A DNA stretch of 49,438 bases, from the NCBI GenBank assembly GCA_030841765.1, contig JAUUSS010000001.1, positions 1-49,438 on the forward strand, in the 5' to 3' direction. Position numbers and translations under genes: made by a program. Shown here in pieces: positions 26,759 to 36,818 of this stretch. Position 1 is the first letter of the stretch. Every line of letters starts with the position of its first letter. The notes under the pieces are model-generated. The model ran no database searches. It saw only the letters and a program-made list of their open reading frames with translations, and was not told the DNA's origin. Source of the stretch: Collinsella aerofaciens. Its GTDB lineage: Bacteria; Actinomycetota; Coriobacteriia; Coriobacteriales; Coriobacteriaceae.

Positions 26759-28614
26759 GAAAGATCACTCTCCGTATAGGTTCTTTGGTATCCGAGCAAA
26801 TATAGGCATATCCCAACGATTATAGAGGATAGGGTTCCCGCAACCGCCGCCTTGGCGACGACCGCGGCTGCAAGGCTGGCAATTTCCATATGGTGTGCAA
26901 GACAGGACGCCGCTGCGCAGCCGATGCCGGTGACAGCGATTGCGGCGATTGCGGCAAGGTTTGAGCCCTGATCGGCACGCTTGGCATGGGCATTGAGCAG
27001 CGCAGATGACGCCGCGGCAGTTGCCGCGACCAGCACAAAGGCAGCCCAAAGGAGCGGGTCTCCCAGCGCTGCGGCAACGTTACCGAGCCCCAGTACGCCT
27101 CCGGCTGAAAGCGCGACCGTGGCCAGACGGGCAAAAAGCGCGCCCATGCCCGTTGCCGCGGCGGCGCTTGCCGGGCCGAGCCAAAATGACGCGACGCCGG
27201 CGGCGACCCCAGCTGCCAGGAAGGTATTGCCGGTCAGACAGCCAAGCGCGAGTGCACAGGTGAGCGTGGCGCTCGCGGCAGTCTCGGTGCGACCCCAGGC
27301 GATCCACCAACCGGACATGGCGGCGGCAAAGATCACCGCGACGGGCAGCATCGACAGGATGCCCTGTGCCTGCATGGTGGCGTTGGCCATGAGCACCAAA
27401 AAGCCCACAGCCGAGATGGCCGAGCCAATCTGGGGGGCCAGGCCAGCCGCCACTCCGATCGCGATGGCCGCAATGACCAGGCCGGGAAGCGCCGCGACCC
27501 CGGCCGTTTGCATCAGCAAAAAGCTAAAGGTGCCGCACGTTAGCGCCGAGATAGTGCGCATGGTGTAGTCGCGCGCATGGCTCCAGCGCGTGCCCGCCCA
27601 GCCGAGTGCGGGGTCGACCTCGATGGCGTCGTCCTCGTAGTGCGACGGCTCGATATCGTCGAGCTCCTGCTCGTCATCCGAAAGTTCGCCAACCATTTGC
27701 TCCAGGCTGCGACGGCCTTCGCGCACGCTGCCCAGACCGGCAAGGAGCTGGTCGCAAAATGTCTCGACGCTGCTGGGGCGGTCCTGCGGCATGGGGGAGA
27801 GCGCGCTCATGAGCGCGGCCTCGGCTCCCGGGGGAAAGTGTGGTATCAGCTCGCTGGGATAGGTGGCGCCGCCGATGATGCGGTCGAGCGAGTCGGCGGG
27901 CGTGGCCGCCATAAAGGGAGCGCTGCCGCACAGGCCCTCATAGATTACACAGGCGAGGGCAAAGACATCGGCGCGCTCATCGACCGTGCCGGTCTCGATA
28001 TCGAGCTGCTCGGGCGGCATGTAGCCGATGGTGCCGCCGCGCGAGCCGCCAAAGCCACCGGCGGACGACAGTCGCGCCATGCCAAAGTCGGTGAGCTTTA
28101 CATTGCCCGAGTGGTCGATGAGCACGTTGGCGGGCTTAATGTCCAGGTGGAGTACGCCATTACTATGGGCGAAGGTGAGCGCCTGGCCTAGGGCATCGGC
28201 AATGGCCGCGGCCTCGTCAAAGGTAAGTGAGTGACCGTCCACGCGGTGCAAAAACTCGGCCAGCGACATGCCATCGACATATTCCATAACTAGGTAGGCA
28301 TAGGCTGTGTCGTGCGTAAAGTCGATGACCTGCACGATGTTGGGATGTTGAAGCATGGCGGCAGTGTGCGCCTCGCGCAGGACATCCATGATGTCGCTGG
28401 CGGGCATGCCGACACCGTTAATAAGGGGGATGCGCTTAATGGCGACGCGGCGGCGCAGGTGCGTGTCGCGGCAGATCTCGATGGAGCCAAAACCGCCGGT
28501 CGCAAGTGTCTCGAGCGGCTGGTACCGCTTGAGCAGCTCGCGAGAGCTGGTGCCCTCCAAAGGAACGTCCGGCGAGAACCGGGCGGTATGTTGCGAGAAA
28601 AGCGGCATGGCCAA
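26755..28614 (-). CDS. Ser/Thr protein kinase (non-RD) with polytopic membrane C-terminus
   Basis: TGGFGSI, VAIKRI, HLDIKPAN, DFG, GTIGYMPPEQ, DVFAL; about 270 aa hydrophobic C-terminus. Confidence 0.9.
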   Translation of the reverse strand: MAMPLFSQHTARFSPDVPLEGTSSRELLKRYQPLETLATGGFGSIEICRDTHLRRRVAIKRIPLINGVGMPASDIMDVLREAHTAAMLQHPNIVQVIDFTHDTAYAYLVMEYVDGMSLAEFLHRVDGHSLTFDEAAAIADALGQALTFAHSNGVLHLDIKPANVLIDHSGNVKLTDFGMARLSSAGGFGGSRGGTIGYMPPEQLDIETGTVDERADVFALACVIYEGLCGSAPFMAATPADSLDRIIGGATYPSELIPHFPPGAEAALMSALSPMPQDRPSSVETFCDQLLAGLGSVREGRRSLEQMVGELSDDEQELDDIEPSHYEDDAIEVDPALGWAGTRWSHARDYTMRTISALTCGTFSFLLMQTAGVAALPGLVIAAIAIGVAAGLAPQIGSAISAVGFLVLMANATMQAQGILSMLPVAVIFAAAMSGWWIAWGRTETAASATLTCALALGCLTGNTFLAAGVAAGVASFWLGPASAAAATGMGALFARLATVALSAGGVLGLGNVAAALGDPLLWAAFVLVAATAAASSALLNAHAKRADQGSNLAAIAAIAVTGIGCAAASCLAHHMEIASLAAAVVAKAAVAGTLSSIIVGICLYLLGYQRTYTESDLS

Positions 28615-28688
28615 CCCTCGTGCGTTTAAAGTTCGTTTGCGAGCGGCGGGCGCGGGGCCGAGCCGTTCGCGGTGGCATAGATGCTGCT

Positions 28689-28697
28689 AGTGTAGCA
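28689..28697 (-). promoter_or_regulatory. Extended -10 of kinase/cell-wall operon
   Basis: TGcTACACT on the minus strand, about 75 nt upstream of the kinase start; identical to the tRNA promoter element. Confidence 0.45.
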
Positions 28698-28752
28698 CGC
28701 TCGGGTGCATGGGGAGGATAGCGGGATGCGAGGCTGCCCGTCTGGCTTGGCC

Positions 28753-29469
28753 TTAGCGCTTCTTCTTGTTCTTCTTCTGCTTGCGCTGCTTGCCCTTGTT
28801 GTCCTGGGGCTTGTCGCCCTGCTTGGCCTCGGCGGCGGCCTTCTCGGCCTTCATTTTCTTCTTCTTGGTCTCGATGCGGAGTTTTTTGTTGATGCGCGCC
28901 TTAAGGAAGGAGCCAAACTGCTCGGCATCGCCACGGACGAAGGTGTCCTTGGGGATCGTCACGCCCTGGTCGGCGAACATGGCCACAAAGATGCGCTCGC
29001 CGTCGAGCACGTGGTCGAGCTTTTCAAACGGGAAGAACTGCGACTTGCCGCTCTTGCCCCAAACCATCAGGCCGTCCTCGTTGGCGGCGACGCGGCGATA
29101 GCGGCCACCCATGGACTCGTCGGCATCGACGGCGTCGATAAAGTCGCGGGCGAGCGTGTGGTGCAGGTTTTTGCTCCACCAGGCCAAAAAGGCGCCGAAC
29201 ACGATCAGGACGACGCCAAACTTGATCCAGTTGCCGCCGGCCACCAGCATGCCGATGCCGATGAGCGCGGCAATCGCGGCGGCGACATACAGCGAGCCGC
29301 GACGCCTGGGCGAGGCGACCAGGCGTGCGAAGTCGGTGACGAGGTCGTTTTCGTACTGGTACTCGTTGAGGTACAGGATGCCGTCGTCGGCTGCGGCCTG
29401 CTCCTCGAGCGCGACCTCGACCTGGTCGGCTGCTTCGGAGGGAACGAAGTTGCTCTCTGCGTCTGCCAT
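28753..29469 (-). CDS. YcxB-like membrane protein
   Basis: Two TM helices followed by a beta-rich domain ending TIPKDTF; Lys-rich tail; AGGAG RBS. Confidence 0.7.
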   Translation of the reverse strand: MADAESNFVPSEAADQVEVALEEQAAADDGILYLNEYQYENDLVTDFARLVASPRRRGSLYVAAAIAALIGIGMLVAGGNWIKFGVVLIVFGAFLAWWSKNLHHTLARDFIDAVDADESMGGRYRRVAANEDGLMVWGKSGKSQFFPFEKLDHVLDGERIFVAMFADQGVTIPKDTFVRGDAEQFGSFLKARINKKLRIETKKKKMKAEKAAAEAKQGDKPQDNKGKQRKQKKNKKKR

Positions 29470-29585
29470 GCTCTTTGGACTCCTATCGCGGCGGGCTCGC
29501 CGTACGGGTTATTATGGAATGCAGTATGCCGTGCGACCGCATGGCCGCCGTGGCAACAAGACTCAGTATACCCGGGGGAGCACCC

Positions 29586-32072
29586 ATGGAATCGTTGTAC
29601 CGAAAGTATCGCCCGCTCACCTTCGACTCCGTGGTGGGCCAGCAGCATATCGTCTCGACGCTCGAGCACGCCATCACCGAGGGGCGCCTGTCCCACGCCT
29701 ACCTGTTCTGCGGACCGCGCGGCACGGGCAAGACCACCATGGCGCGCATTCTGGCCAAGGCGCTGCTGTGCCGCAATGCCGAGGCGGCGCGCGCCGAGGG
29801 TGCAAGCGGCTGCATGCCCGACGGTACTTGCGAGGAGTGCGAGCTCATCGCCGAGGGCAACCACCCGGATGTCTACGAGCTCGATGCCGCAAGCCGTACC
29901 GGCGTGGACAACGTGCGCGAGGAGATCATCAACTCCGTCAACTTTGCCCCAGTGCGCGGCAAGTACAAGATTTATATCATCGACGAGGTTCACATGCTCA
30001 CGACGGCGGCGTTCAACGCGCTGCTCAAGACGCTTGAGGAGCCGCCGGCACACGTGATCTTTGTGCTGTGCACCACCGACCCGCAAAAGATTCTGGAGAC
30101 CATCCTCTCACGCTGCCAGCGTTTCGATTTCCATCGCATCGGCAACGAGGATATCGAGCATCGCCTGGCATACGTGTGCGAGCAGGAGGGCTTCGATTAC
30201 GACGACGAGGCGCTGGCTATCGTGGCGCGCCATGCAAAGGGCGGCATGCGCGACGCGTTGTCCACGCTGGAGCAGCTGAGCGTCTTTGGCAACGGTTCTG
30301 TGCATGCGGACGACGCCCGCTCGCTTTTAGGCGAGGTTTCGGACCAGATTCTGGGCGAGTTTTCCCGTGCCATTGCCGATCGCGATGTTGCCGAGCTCTA
30401 TGGACTGATCCGCGCGCAGGTCGAGGAAGGAAACGACCTGCTGGAGCTGACGCGCGACCTGGTAGCGCATGTGCGTGACGTGTATGTTGCCTGCGTTGCC
30501 GGTGCCCGTGCCGAGCTGTTTGAGGGCGGCTCCGAGCAGGCCGAGGCGCTTGCTGCCGAGGCCGCTGCCTTTGGCGAGCATCCTGCCGACCGCCTGGCCC
30601 GCGTGCTGACGGTGCTCGACGATGCCGCACTGGAGATGAGGGGCGCGAGTGATGTGCGCCTGGTGCTCGAGATCGCCTGCACCCGTCTGGCTCGTCCCGA
30701 GGCCGATCTGACAATTGAGGCCTTGGCTGAGCGCGTGGCGCGTTTGGAGGCTAGGGTTGCCAATGCCGCGGTGCCGTTGAGCGTGGCTGCTGCTCAGGCT
30801 GCCCCGGCGGCCGTTGCGGCTGCGTCTGCAACGGCACTGCAGCCGACGCTCATCTCGGGTGCCCGTGCTACTGCTCCGGCGGCGACCGCTCCTGCCGCTA
30901 CGTCCGCGCACCAGAGCGGCATGCCTTGGGACCGTGGCGCCGCGGCTGCTCCAGCGCCTCAACCTGCGCCTAAGCCCGCGTCCGCGCAAGTCTCTAAGCC
31001 TGCGACGCCTGCGCCTCAGCCTGCGCCCACGCCGGCTCCTCAGCCCGTTGCGGCTCCGGCTTCCACGCCTGCCGCATCGCCCGCGCCGGCGCCTGCGTCC
31101 AAGCCCAATAACGCCGCCCAAGTTGCCGCCGCCGCCGAGACCCCTGCGGTCGAGGACGCTGGCGAGCTCCAGCGCAAATGGGCCGAGGTCGTCGAGCGCG
31201 TCAAAGCCCGTCAGGCCTCCTATGCCGGCCTGCTGCTCAATGCTCGCGCCACGGCCGACGACGGTTCCAAGCTCACGGTCTCGTTCCCCGCGGGCTCGAC
31301 CTTTGCCATCAAGATGCTCGGTCGCGCCGACACGCAGTCGGTGGTCCTGCCGACGGTCTGCGCGGTCTTCGGTCGTCGCACCGTCGACTATGTCCTGGAT
31401 GGGGGTGGCACGCCGGCTCCTCAACATGAGGAGCATTCTCCATCTGCACGGGCTGCGGTATCTGCGGACCCGCAACCCGTGTCCTCGGCGGCCCCTGCAT
31501 CCTCGAGCGCCAGCGCGCAGCAGCAAGCGGCGCCGATAGCGGCACCGACCCCATCGGCGCCTAAGCCCGTCGCGCCCAAACCTGCTGCCCCGGCGCCCGC
31601 ACCCAAGCCTGTCGCGCCCGCGCCCAAGTCATCCGACCTGGGCAAGGCTCCCTGGTTACGTTCCGACAATCCCGCCGGCGCTCCCGCCACGGGCAAGCTC
31701 CCGACGGAGCCCGCGCCCCGTGCGCCCGAGCGCGTGTCCGCTCCCAAATCTCAGCCTGCCGCGCAGTCTGCGCCGTGGGAATCCGAGCAGGTACCCTATG
31801 ACGACGCCATGGTTGGCGGTTTCGCTGCAGATGCGAGCGGGGACGATCTGCCCCCGTTCGACGTACCGGGTGCGACGCCCGCGCCCAAGCCCGCTGCAAC
31901 TGCCCCCAAAGAGGAGGACGCTCCTGCGGCTCCCTGGGAGTCCAACCCCGGCGCGGGCAGTCCCTTCGGCCATCAAGGCGCAGCCCCAAGCATTCCGCAG
32001 ACCGAGGACGAGGCCAAGGCCCTCATCCGCAGCGTCTTTGGCCAGGCCACCATCTTCAAGCCGGTGGAGTAG
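29586..32072 (+). CDS. dnaX: DNA polymerase III subunit gamma/tau
   Basis: LYRKYRP, GPRGTGKTT, ELDAAS, IIDEVHML, SRCQRF; GGGGGAG RBS. Confidence 0.97.
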   Translation: MESLYRKYRPLTFDSVVGQQHIVSTLEHAITEGRLSHAYLFCGPRGTGKTTMARILAKALLCRNAEAARAEGASGCMPDGTCEECELIAEGNHPDVYELDAASRTGVDNVREEIINSVNFAPVRGKYKIYIIDEVHMLTTAAFNALLKTLEEPPAHVIFVLCTTDPQKILETILSRCQRFDFHRIGNEDIEHRLAYVCEQEGFDYDDEALAIVARHAKGGMRDALSTLEQLSVFGNGSVHADDARSLLGEVSDQILGEFSRAIADRDVAELYGLIRAQVEEGNDLLELTRDLVAHVRDVYVACVAGARAELFEGGSEQAEALAAEAAAFGEHPADRLARVLTVLDDAALEMRGASDVRLVLEIACTRLARPEADLTIEALAERVARLEARVANAAVPLSVAAAQAAPAAVAAASATALQPTLISGARATAPAATAPAATSAHQSGMPWDRGAAAAPAPQPAPKPASAQVSKPATPAPQPAPTPAPQPVAAPASTPAASPAPAPASKPNNAAQVAAAAETPAVEDAGELQRKWAEVVERVKARQASYAGLLLNARATADDGSKLTVSFPAGSTFAIKMLGRADTQSVVLPTVCAVFGRRTVDYVLDGGGTPAPQHEEHSPSARAAVSADPQPVSSAAPASSSASAQQQAAPIAAPTPSAPKPVAPKPAAPAPAPKPVAPAPKSSDLGKAPWLRSDNPAGAPATGKLPTEPAPRAPERVSAPKSQPAAQSAPWESEQVPYDDAMVGGFAADASGDDLPPFDVPGATPAPKPAATAPKEEDAPAAPWESNPGAGSPFGHQGAAPSIPQTEDEAKALIRSVFGQATIFKPVE

Positions 32073-32093
32073 CTGCGCAGGCGGGTATACTGC

Positions 32094-32567
32094 TCAAGAA
32101 GAGGACCCCTTGTCCGGGCGCATCTGTATTTCGGACATGTGTAGTGTGGTGCCGCGTATCTCGCATTCGAGCAGACAGGTGCGTGACGGTCGGCCTAGGA
32201 TGCTGAGGTCGATGCGATACGTCGCATGGCTGTCCGTGTACTCGACTTGCTCGGCGTTAATGGTTGCTCCGATTGCCAAATAAACGCCTAGCTCGGCATC
32301 GACAATCTTGAAGTCCTTTATCTTGACCTTGAACTCTTGATAGAGGGACGGGCTGTTGTAGTAGACGGTTCGGGTTCCGTCGGTGCACTCATCGGTCGTC
32401 TCCCATTTGACGACGGGCTGGTCCGAGCTGGCTATCAGCAGTTCTGCTCCAAAAGCTATGGCATGGGTGATGACAACCAGCAATGCCCAGCCGACAAAGA
32501 GATAGAGAACCACATATGCAACGGGGTGTTTTGAGCGGATGTTTTGGAGCGCGTTGGGGGCATTCAT
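32094..32567 (-). CDS. Hypothetical membrane-anchored protein
   Basis: 157 aa, GGAGG RBS, N-terminal TM, beta-rich remainder. Confidence 0.7.
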   Translation of the reverse strand: MNAPNALQNIRSKHPVAYVVLYLFVGWALLVVITHAIAFGAELLIASSDQPVVKWETTDECTDGTRTVYYNSPSLYQEFKVKIKDFKIVDAELGVYLAIGATINAEQVEYTDSHATYRIDLSILGRPSRTCLLECEIRGTTLHMSEIQMRPDKGSSS

Positions 32568-32709
32568 GGGGCACCTCCAAATTACTATCTATGGCAATCA
32601 AATTATACCCTGCCGCCATGTGCGCCGCCTCGAGCAGCGGTTCGGCATTTAGCTATTTAGTGGCGCACATGAAATGCCGGATTCGGCTCTACTAGATTGA
32701 GTGTGCGAT

Positions 32710-32729
32710 ATTATGCAACCTTGCATAAT
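32710..32729. promoter_or_regulatory. Perfect dyad, candidate transcription factor site
   Basis: ATTATGCAA-cc-TTGCATAAT in the divergent intergenic region. Confidence 0.45.
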
Positions 32730-32891
32730 CTTTGAGTGCGGTTTGTATTGGAGGACATGTATATCGACTGAGGTAACACGTCCGCCCCGCTCTCTCGCCG
32801 CGCGCCGTGGTACGATTTTTGAGTTTGAAAGTCCCGCCGTGCTCCGGCTGCCCTTGCAGCTCGGCGTGCGGCCGCACGTAAAGGAGCCATC

Positions 32892-33212
32892 ATGGCCGGT
32901 ATGAACATGCAGCAGATGATGAAGCAGGCTCGCAAGATGCAGGAGCAGCTTGCCGCCGCGCAGGAGAACCTCAAGTCCCAGACCGTCGACGCCTCTGCCG
33001 GCGGCGGCATGGTCAAGGTGACCGTTAACGGCGAGATGGAGCTCGTCAACCTCACCATCGATCCCGATGCGCTCGATCCCGAGGACGTCGATATGCTGCA
33101 GGATATGATCATGGCTGCCGTCAACGAGGCCGTCCGCGGCGTCAACGAGCTCGCCAACAAGCAGATGGGCGCCATCACCGGCGGCCTCAACATCCCGGGC
33201 ATGCCGTTCTAA
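32892..33212 (+). CDS. ybaB: YbaB/EbfC nucleoid-associated protein
   Basis: [33 protein letters not shown]. Confidence 0.96.
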   Translation: MAGMNMQQMMKQARKMQEQLAAAQENLKSQTVDASAGGGMVKVTVNGEMELVNLTIDPDALDPEDVDMLQDMIMAAVNEAVRGVNELANKQMGAITGGLNIPGMPF

Positions 33213-33225
33213 GACACGCATATAT

Positions 33226-33822
33226 ATGAGTGCCAACCACAGTCTGCAAAAACTGCTCGATGAGCTGGGCCGTCTGCCGGGCATTGGTCCCAAGTCGGCC
33301 CAGCGCATCGCTTATTACCTGTTGGAGGCCGACGCCGAGGAGGCGCGCCGCCTGGCCGAGGCCATCCTGGAGGTCAAGCAGGAGGTCCACTTTTGCAGCC
33401 GCTGCTTTAACTACGCCACGGCCGACGAGTGCTCCATCTGCCAGGACCCGATGCGCGATACCACTCGCATTTGCGTGGTGGGCGAGCCGCGCGATGTCCA
33501 GGCGATCGAGCGCACGGGCAGCTACCACGGCCTCTACCACGTATTGGGCGGCGTGATCAGTCCCATGGACAAGATTGGCCCCGAGCAGCTGCACATTCGA
33601 GAGCTGCTGGCACGCTTGGGCCACGAGGACATCCACGAGGTCATCATCGCCACCAACCCCAATATTGAGGGCGAGACCACGGCGAGCTATCTGGCCCGTA
33701 CCATCAAGCCGTTGGGCGTCGAGGTGTCGCGTCTGGCAAGCGGCCTTCCCGTGGGCGGCGACTTGGAGTATGCCGACGAGCTTACGCTTGGCCGCGCCAT
33801 CGAGGCCCGTCGCGCGATTTAG
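33226..33822 (+). CDS. recR: Recombination mediator RecR
   Basis: [12 protein letters not shown]4 zinc finger, [18 protein letters not shown]. Confidence 0.97.
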   Translation: MSANHSLQKLLDELGRLPGIGPKSAQRIAYYLLEADAEEARRLAEAILEVKQEVHFCSRCFNYATADECSICQDPMRDTTRICVVGEPRDVQAIERTGSYHGLYHVLGGVISPMDKIGPEQLHIRELLARLGHEDIHEVIIATNPNIEGETTASYLARTIKPLGVEVSRLASGLPVGGDLEYADELTLGRAIEARRAI

Positions 33823-33852
33823 GTGGCGAGCCTGCTCCTGCCGTATGTTTTC

Positions 33853-33904
33853 CTCACAGTCGCACGGGGTAGTCATAATTTCCCCGTGCGACTGTGAGTT
33901 TGTT
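33853..33904 (+). terminator. Terminator after recR
   Basis: 17-bp perfect IR CTCACAGTCGCACGGGG / CCCCGTGCGACTGTGAG followed by TTTGTT. Confidence 0.75.
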
Positions 33905-34068
33905 GTGCAACAAAGATGCTTCGTATCCGCTTATCGCATGGATGCTTCCGCTCGCATCCTTAATTTGCTCATTCGTTGCGCAACCTTTTGGGTTCGCTGA
34001 TACACTCAAATATGGATTCGAATGAATGCGCCGCTCCCGAGCGGCGTGTTTTTGTTGGAGGAGAACGC

Positions 34069-34974
34069 ATGCGGCCCGGTGGCACTCAGACAAAGCGCGG
34101 CGCCGCGGTGCGCATACGACGCCGACTGGGCTTGGCGCCGCGGGCGTACGCACTGCTATCGTGCTCGCTGGTGCTGGTCATAGCTGGCGTTTCTGCCTAT
34201 GGCATGACCGTGCCGTCCATGATGCAGGCGCATGCCGCACGCGAACCGCGCGTGGGGCATGAGGTCAAAAGCGATCTGGGCACCACGACTGGATATGCTT
34301 GGGCAAGTGTGGTCGGGCATATTGTGTTTGGCACCGACGATGCGGACGGCGCCGAGGCCCCGGACAACGAAGTCACGCTTGCCAATGGCAAAACCATCGT
34401 GCTCACCAACACCAAGATCATCGATCGATTGTCCAACAATAGCGTGGCGGCAACGGTGAATAAGGTCGAGCAGCAAAAGGAGCAGGACGCCCAGCAGTCC
34501 GGAAAGCCCGGTAGCTCGGATACTTCTGGCTCCGGCTCGGATTCATCGAGTTCGGGCGGCGGCTCTGGGTCGGGTTCCTCTACCGGAGGGCCTGGAAACG
34601 GCGGCTCGACGGGCGGCAACACTGACAACGATGCAAACTCCGGCGGCCTTTCCGCTGCTGAGGAAGAGAGCATTCACAGTTGGCTTGTGACCAAGTACAA
34701 CATGCTCGACGGCTATGTTTCTCGTGCCAATGACGTGGTCTCGACCTATAACTCTACGGGAGATCCCAGGCCGTGCGACAGCCTGGTCGGGGAGATGTTT
34801 GTCATTCGAGCCGAGTTCGGTCGTCAGACATTCTCGCCCCGGTCAAGGTGGTATCAGCAGTATGCCAATCTGTGGGGCTGTTACACCAACCTATGTCAAT
34901 GGGTCGGCCATTACGGCGATGATGACGTCGCGCTCGGTAACTTCAACAATAGCGTGGCGGCGCTTGCCCTATGA
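34069..34974 (+). CDS. Hypothetical membrane-anchored protein with Gly/Ser linker and Cys-containing C-terminal domain
   Basis: GGAGG RBS; basic N-terminus, TM, G/S-rich linker; stop overlaps kinase start (ATGA). Confidence 0.75.
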   Translation: MRPGGTQTKRGAAVRIRRRLGLAPRAYALLSCSLVLVIAGVSAYGMTVPSMMQAHAAREPRVGHEVKSDLGTTTGYAWASVVGHIVFGTDDADGAEAPDNEVTLANGKTIVLTNTKIIDRLSNNSVAATVNKVEQQKEQDAQQSGKPGSSDTSGSGSDSSSSGGGSGSGSSTGGPGNGGSTGGNTDNDANSGGLSAAEEESIHSWLVTKYNMLDGYVSRANDVVSTYNSTGDPRPCDSLVGEMFVIRAEFGRQTFSPRSRWYQQYANLWGCYTNLCQWVGHYGDDDVALGNFNNSVAALAL

Positions 34975-36815
34975 TGACCGATCTTGCATCCACCACACCA
35001 CAATCGCTCGGTCGCGATCCCATGGTCGGCCTGCGCCTGGCGCGTGTCGACGGGTTTGAGCCGGCCATTGCGCTCGGTCAGGACGAACTGCCTACCTATC
35101 TGCGTCGTTTTACGATGCTGTTTGCCGACGATGCCACCATGCGCCGTGGCGGTATCGGCCGCGTGACGCGTGCCGTCAACGCCCAAGGCGAGGCAGTGGC
35201 ACTCAAGCAGCTCATCTTGCCGACGCGCGATGAGTTTGATGACGATGCCGCTCACGAGGCGCTGGTCGCCAAGTTCAAGGCGGCGTTTCGCGAGGAATAC
35301 GAATGCCATCGCGCCCTTTCGGGCCTTAAGGGCTTTCCCCGCCTCTATGGCTGGGGCGAGGTCGACGGTGTGCCTGCAATTGTCATGGAATGGGTCGAGG
35401 GCGAGACACTTGCCCGCTTGCGTTCGCGACTCGCCGTGGACGATGCCGGACGCCTGTCGCCGCTTGTGGCGGCGCGTCTGGGTCGCGACCTGTTCGATCT
35501 GCTCTGCCGTATGAGCCTGGTGGGCGAGGGCTTTGTCCATCGCGATATCTCGCCCGCTAATATTATGGTGCGTACGGCGCGTCTACCGCTTGACCGGCAG
35601 CTTGCCGAGGGCACCTTTGACCTGTGCCTGATCGACTTTGGCTCGTCGCTGGCGCTCGAGCCTGCGTCGGCCGTGGCCGGTACCGGCGGCAAGGCGTCGT
35701 TTACGGAGCGCTATGCCACGCTGCGTCGCGCGACGGTTGCCTATGCCCCGCCCGAGATGCTCACCGACGATATTCCCGACCTGCGCGCTTTGCGTATGTC
35801 GCCGGCGATTGACGTATACGCCGCGGCAAGCACGGTTTACGAGCTCATTGCCGGCGTCGCGCCATACGAAGCCGCGCCGAGTACTTCGGGTGCCTCGGGT
35901 TCGCGCAAAAAGACGCGCGACATCGCGAGCCCCTACCGTCTCAAGATGGACACGCGGCCCGACTATCCCATTGGTGCCCATGCGCCCGGTTGTGATTTGA
36001 CTCAGTTGCTTCGTCGTGAGCCCGATGTGGCGCTCGCCGCGGCCGAGCAGGCCCAGCAGCTAGGGCTTGAGCCGGATTCCGAAGAGCTACGCGATGCGCT
36101 GGCGTTTGTCGATGCCCAGCTGTTCGACGTGGTGATGGCCTGTCTGTCCAGCCATCAAAAAGATCGTCCCGAGCCGGCGGCGGTCGAGGCGGCGCTCTCG
36201 GCGTTTTGTGACCACTATGCGCAAAATGTCGGTCGTTCGCTTCGCGGCGAGCCGCTCACGCCGTGCCCCATGGATGCGTCTGGCCGCGCGGTTCGTCGCG
36301 CGCTGATGGTCGGCGCGACGGTCGTCTGTGGCGTGGTTTGGGCTGTGGTCGTGGTTTCGGCCGCGCTGCTGGCGTCGGGCGCTCGCGTGACGGCGACTTT
36401 GGGATCGCTCGTGTGGTCTGGGTCGCTACCGGGTATTATTGCCGCACTGGCGTTGGCGCTGCCAGGCATAGCCGGCGTTGCCGCGGGGGCACTTGCGCGC
36501 GATCGGCGCTCGGGCTTCCTGCAGGGTGTGCTTGCGCTTTCTGCCTGCGAGGTTCCGGTGCTGGTTGTGGCTGCATGTAGCGTATTTTCCCAACGCGCCG
36601 TGATGGGCGGCCTTGTTGCCGCTCTGGTTGCAACCTATACGCTTACGTGGTTTTTGCTTGCGATGGGCTTTGCCTTTGAACTTCCCGTTTCGGCACCGCG
36701 ACGCACAAAAGCCCAGATGGCGACTCCGCTTGCCGGTGGAGCCGCAGCTGTCCGTACTTTTGGCGGACCTGTCGAAGTATCGTCCGATTCTATTTCTACG
36801 ACCAAGGAGGCCTAG
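34971..36815 (+). CDS. Ser/Thr protein kinase with C-terminal TM helices
   Basis: RGGIGRV, VALKQL, FREEY, HRDISPAN, DFG, YAPPE, DVYA; about four TM helices. Confidence 0.88.
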   Translation: MMTDLASTTPQSLGRDPMVGLRLARVDGFEPAIALGQDELPTYLRRFTMLFADDATMRRGGIGRVTRAVNAQGEAVALKQLILPTRDEFDDDAAHEALVAKFKAAFREEYECHRALSGLKGFPRLYGWGEVDGVPAIVMEWVEGETLARLRSRLAVDDAGRLSPLVAARLGRDLFDLLCRMSLVGEGFVHRDISPANIMVRTARLPLDRQLAEGTFDLCLIDFGSSLALEPASAVAGTGGKASFTERYATLRRATVAYAPPEMLTDDIPDLRALRMSPAIDVYAAASTVYELIAGVAPYEAAPSTSGASGSRKKTRDIASPYRLKMDTRPDYPIGAHAPGCDLTQLLRREPDVALAAAEQAQQLGLEPDSEELRDALAFVDAQLFDVVMACLSSHQKDRPEPAAVEAALSAFCDHYAQNVGRSLRGEPLTPCPMDASGRAVRRALMVGATVVCGVVWAVVVVSAALLASGARVTATLGSLVWSGSLPGIIAALALALPGIAGVAAGALARDRRSGFLQGVLALSACEVPVLVVAACSVFSQRAVMGGLVAALVATYTLTWFLLAMGFAFELPVSAPRRTKAQMATPLAGGAAAVRTFGGPVEVSSDSISTTKEA

Positions 36816-36818
36816 GTC

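Noticed and set aside
29470..29585. SRP RNA, often found upstream of dnaX
   Set aside because: No SRP helix-8 signature (CAGG..GGAA..AGCAG) recognised
29586..32072. Programmed frameshift producing the gamma subunit
   Set aside because: No A-AAA-AAG or long A-tract seen
34490..34650. Tandem-repeat-like DNA
   Set aside because: Explained by Gly/Ser linker codons; no exact repeat unit
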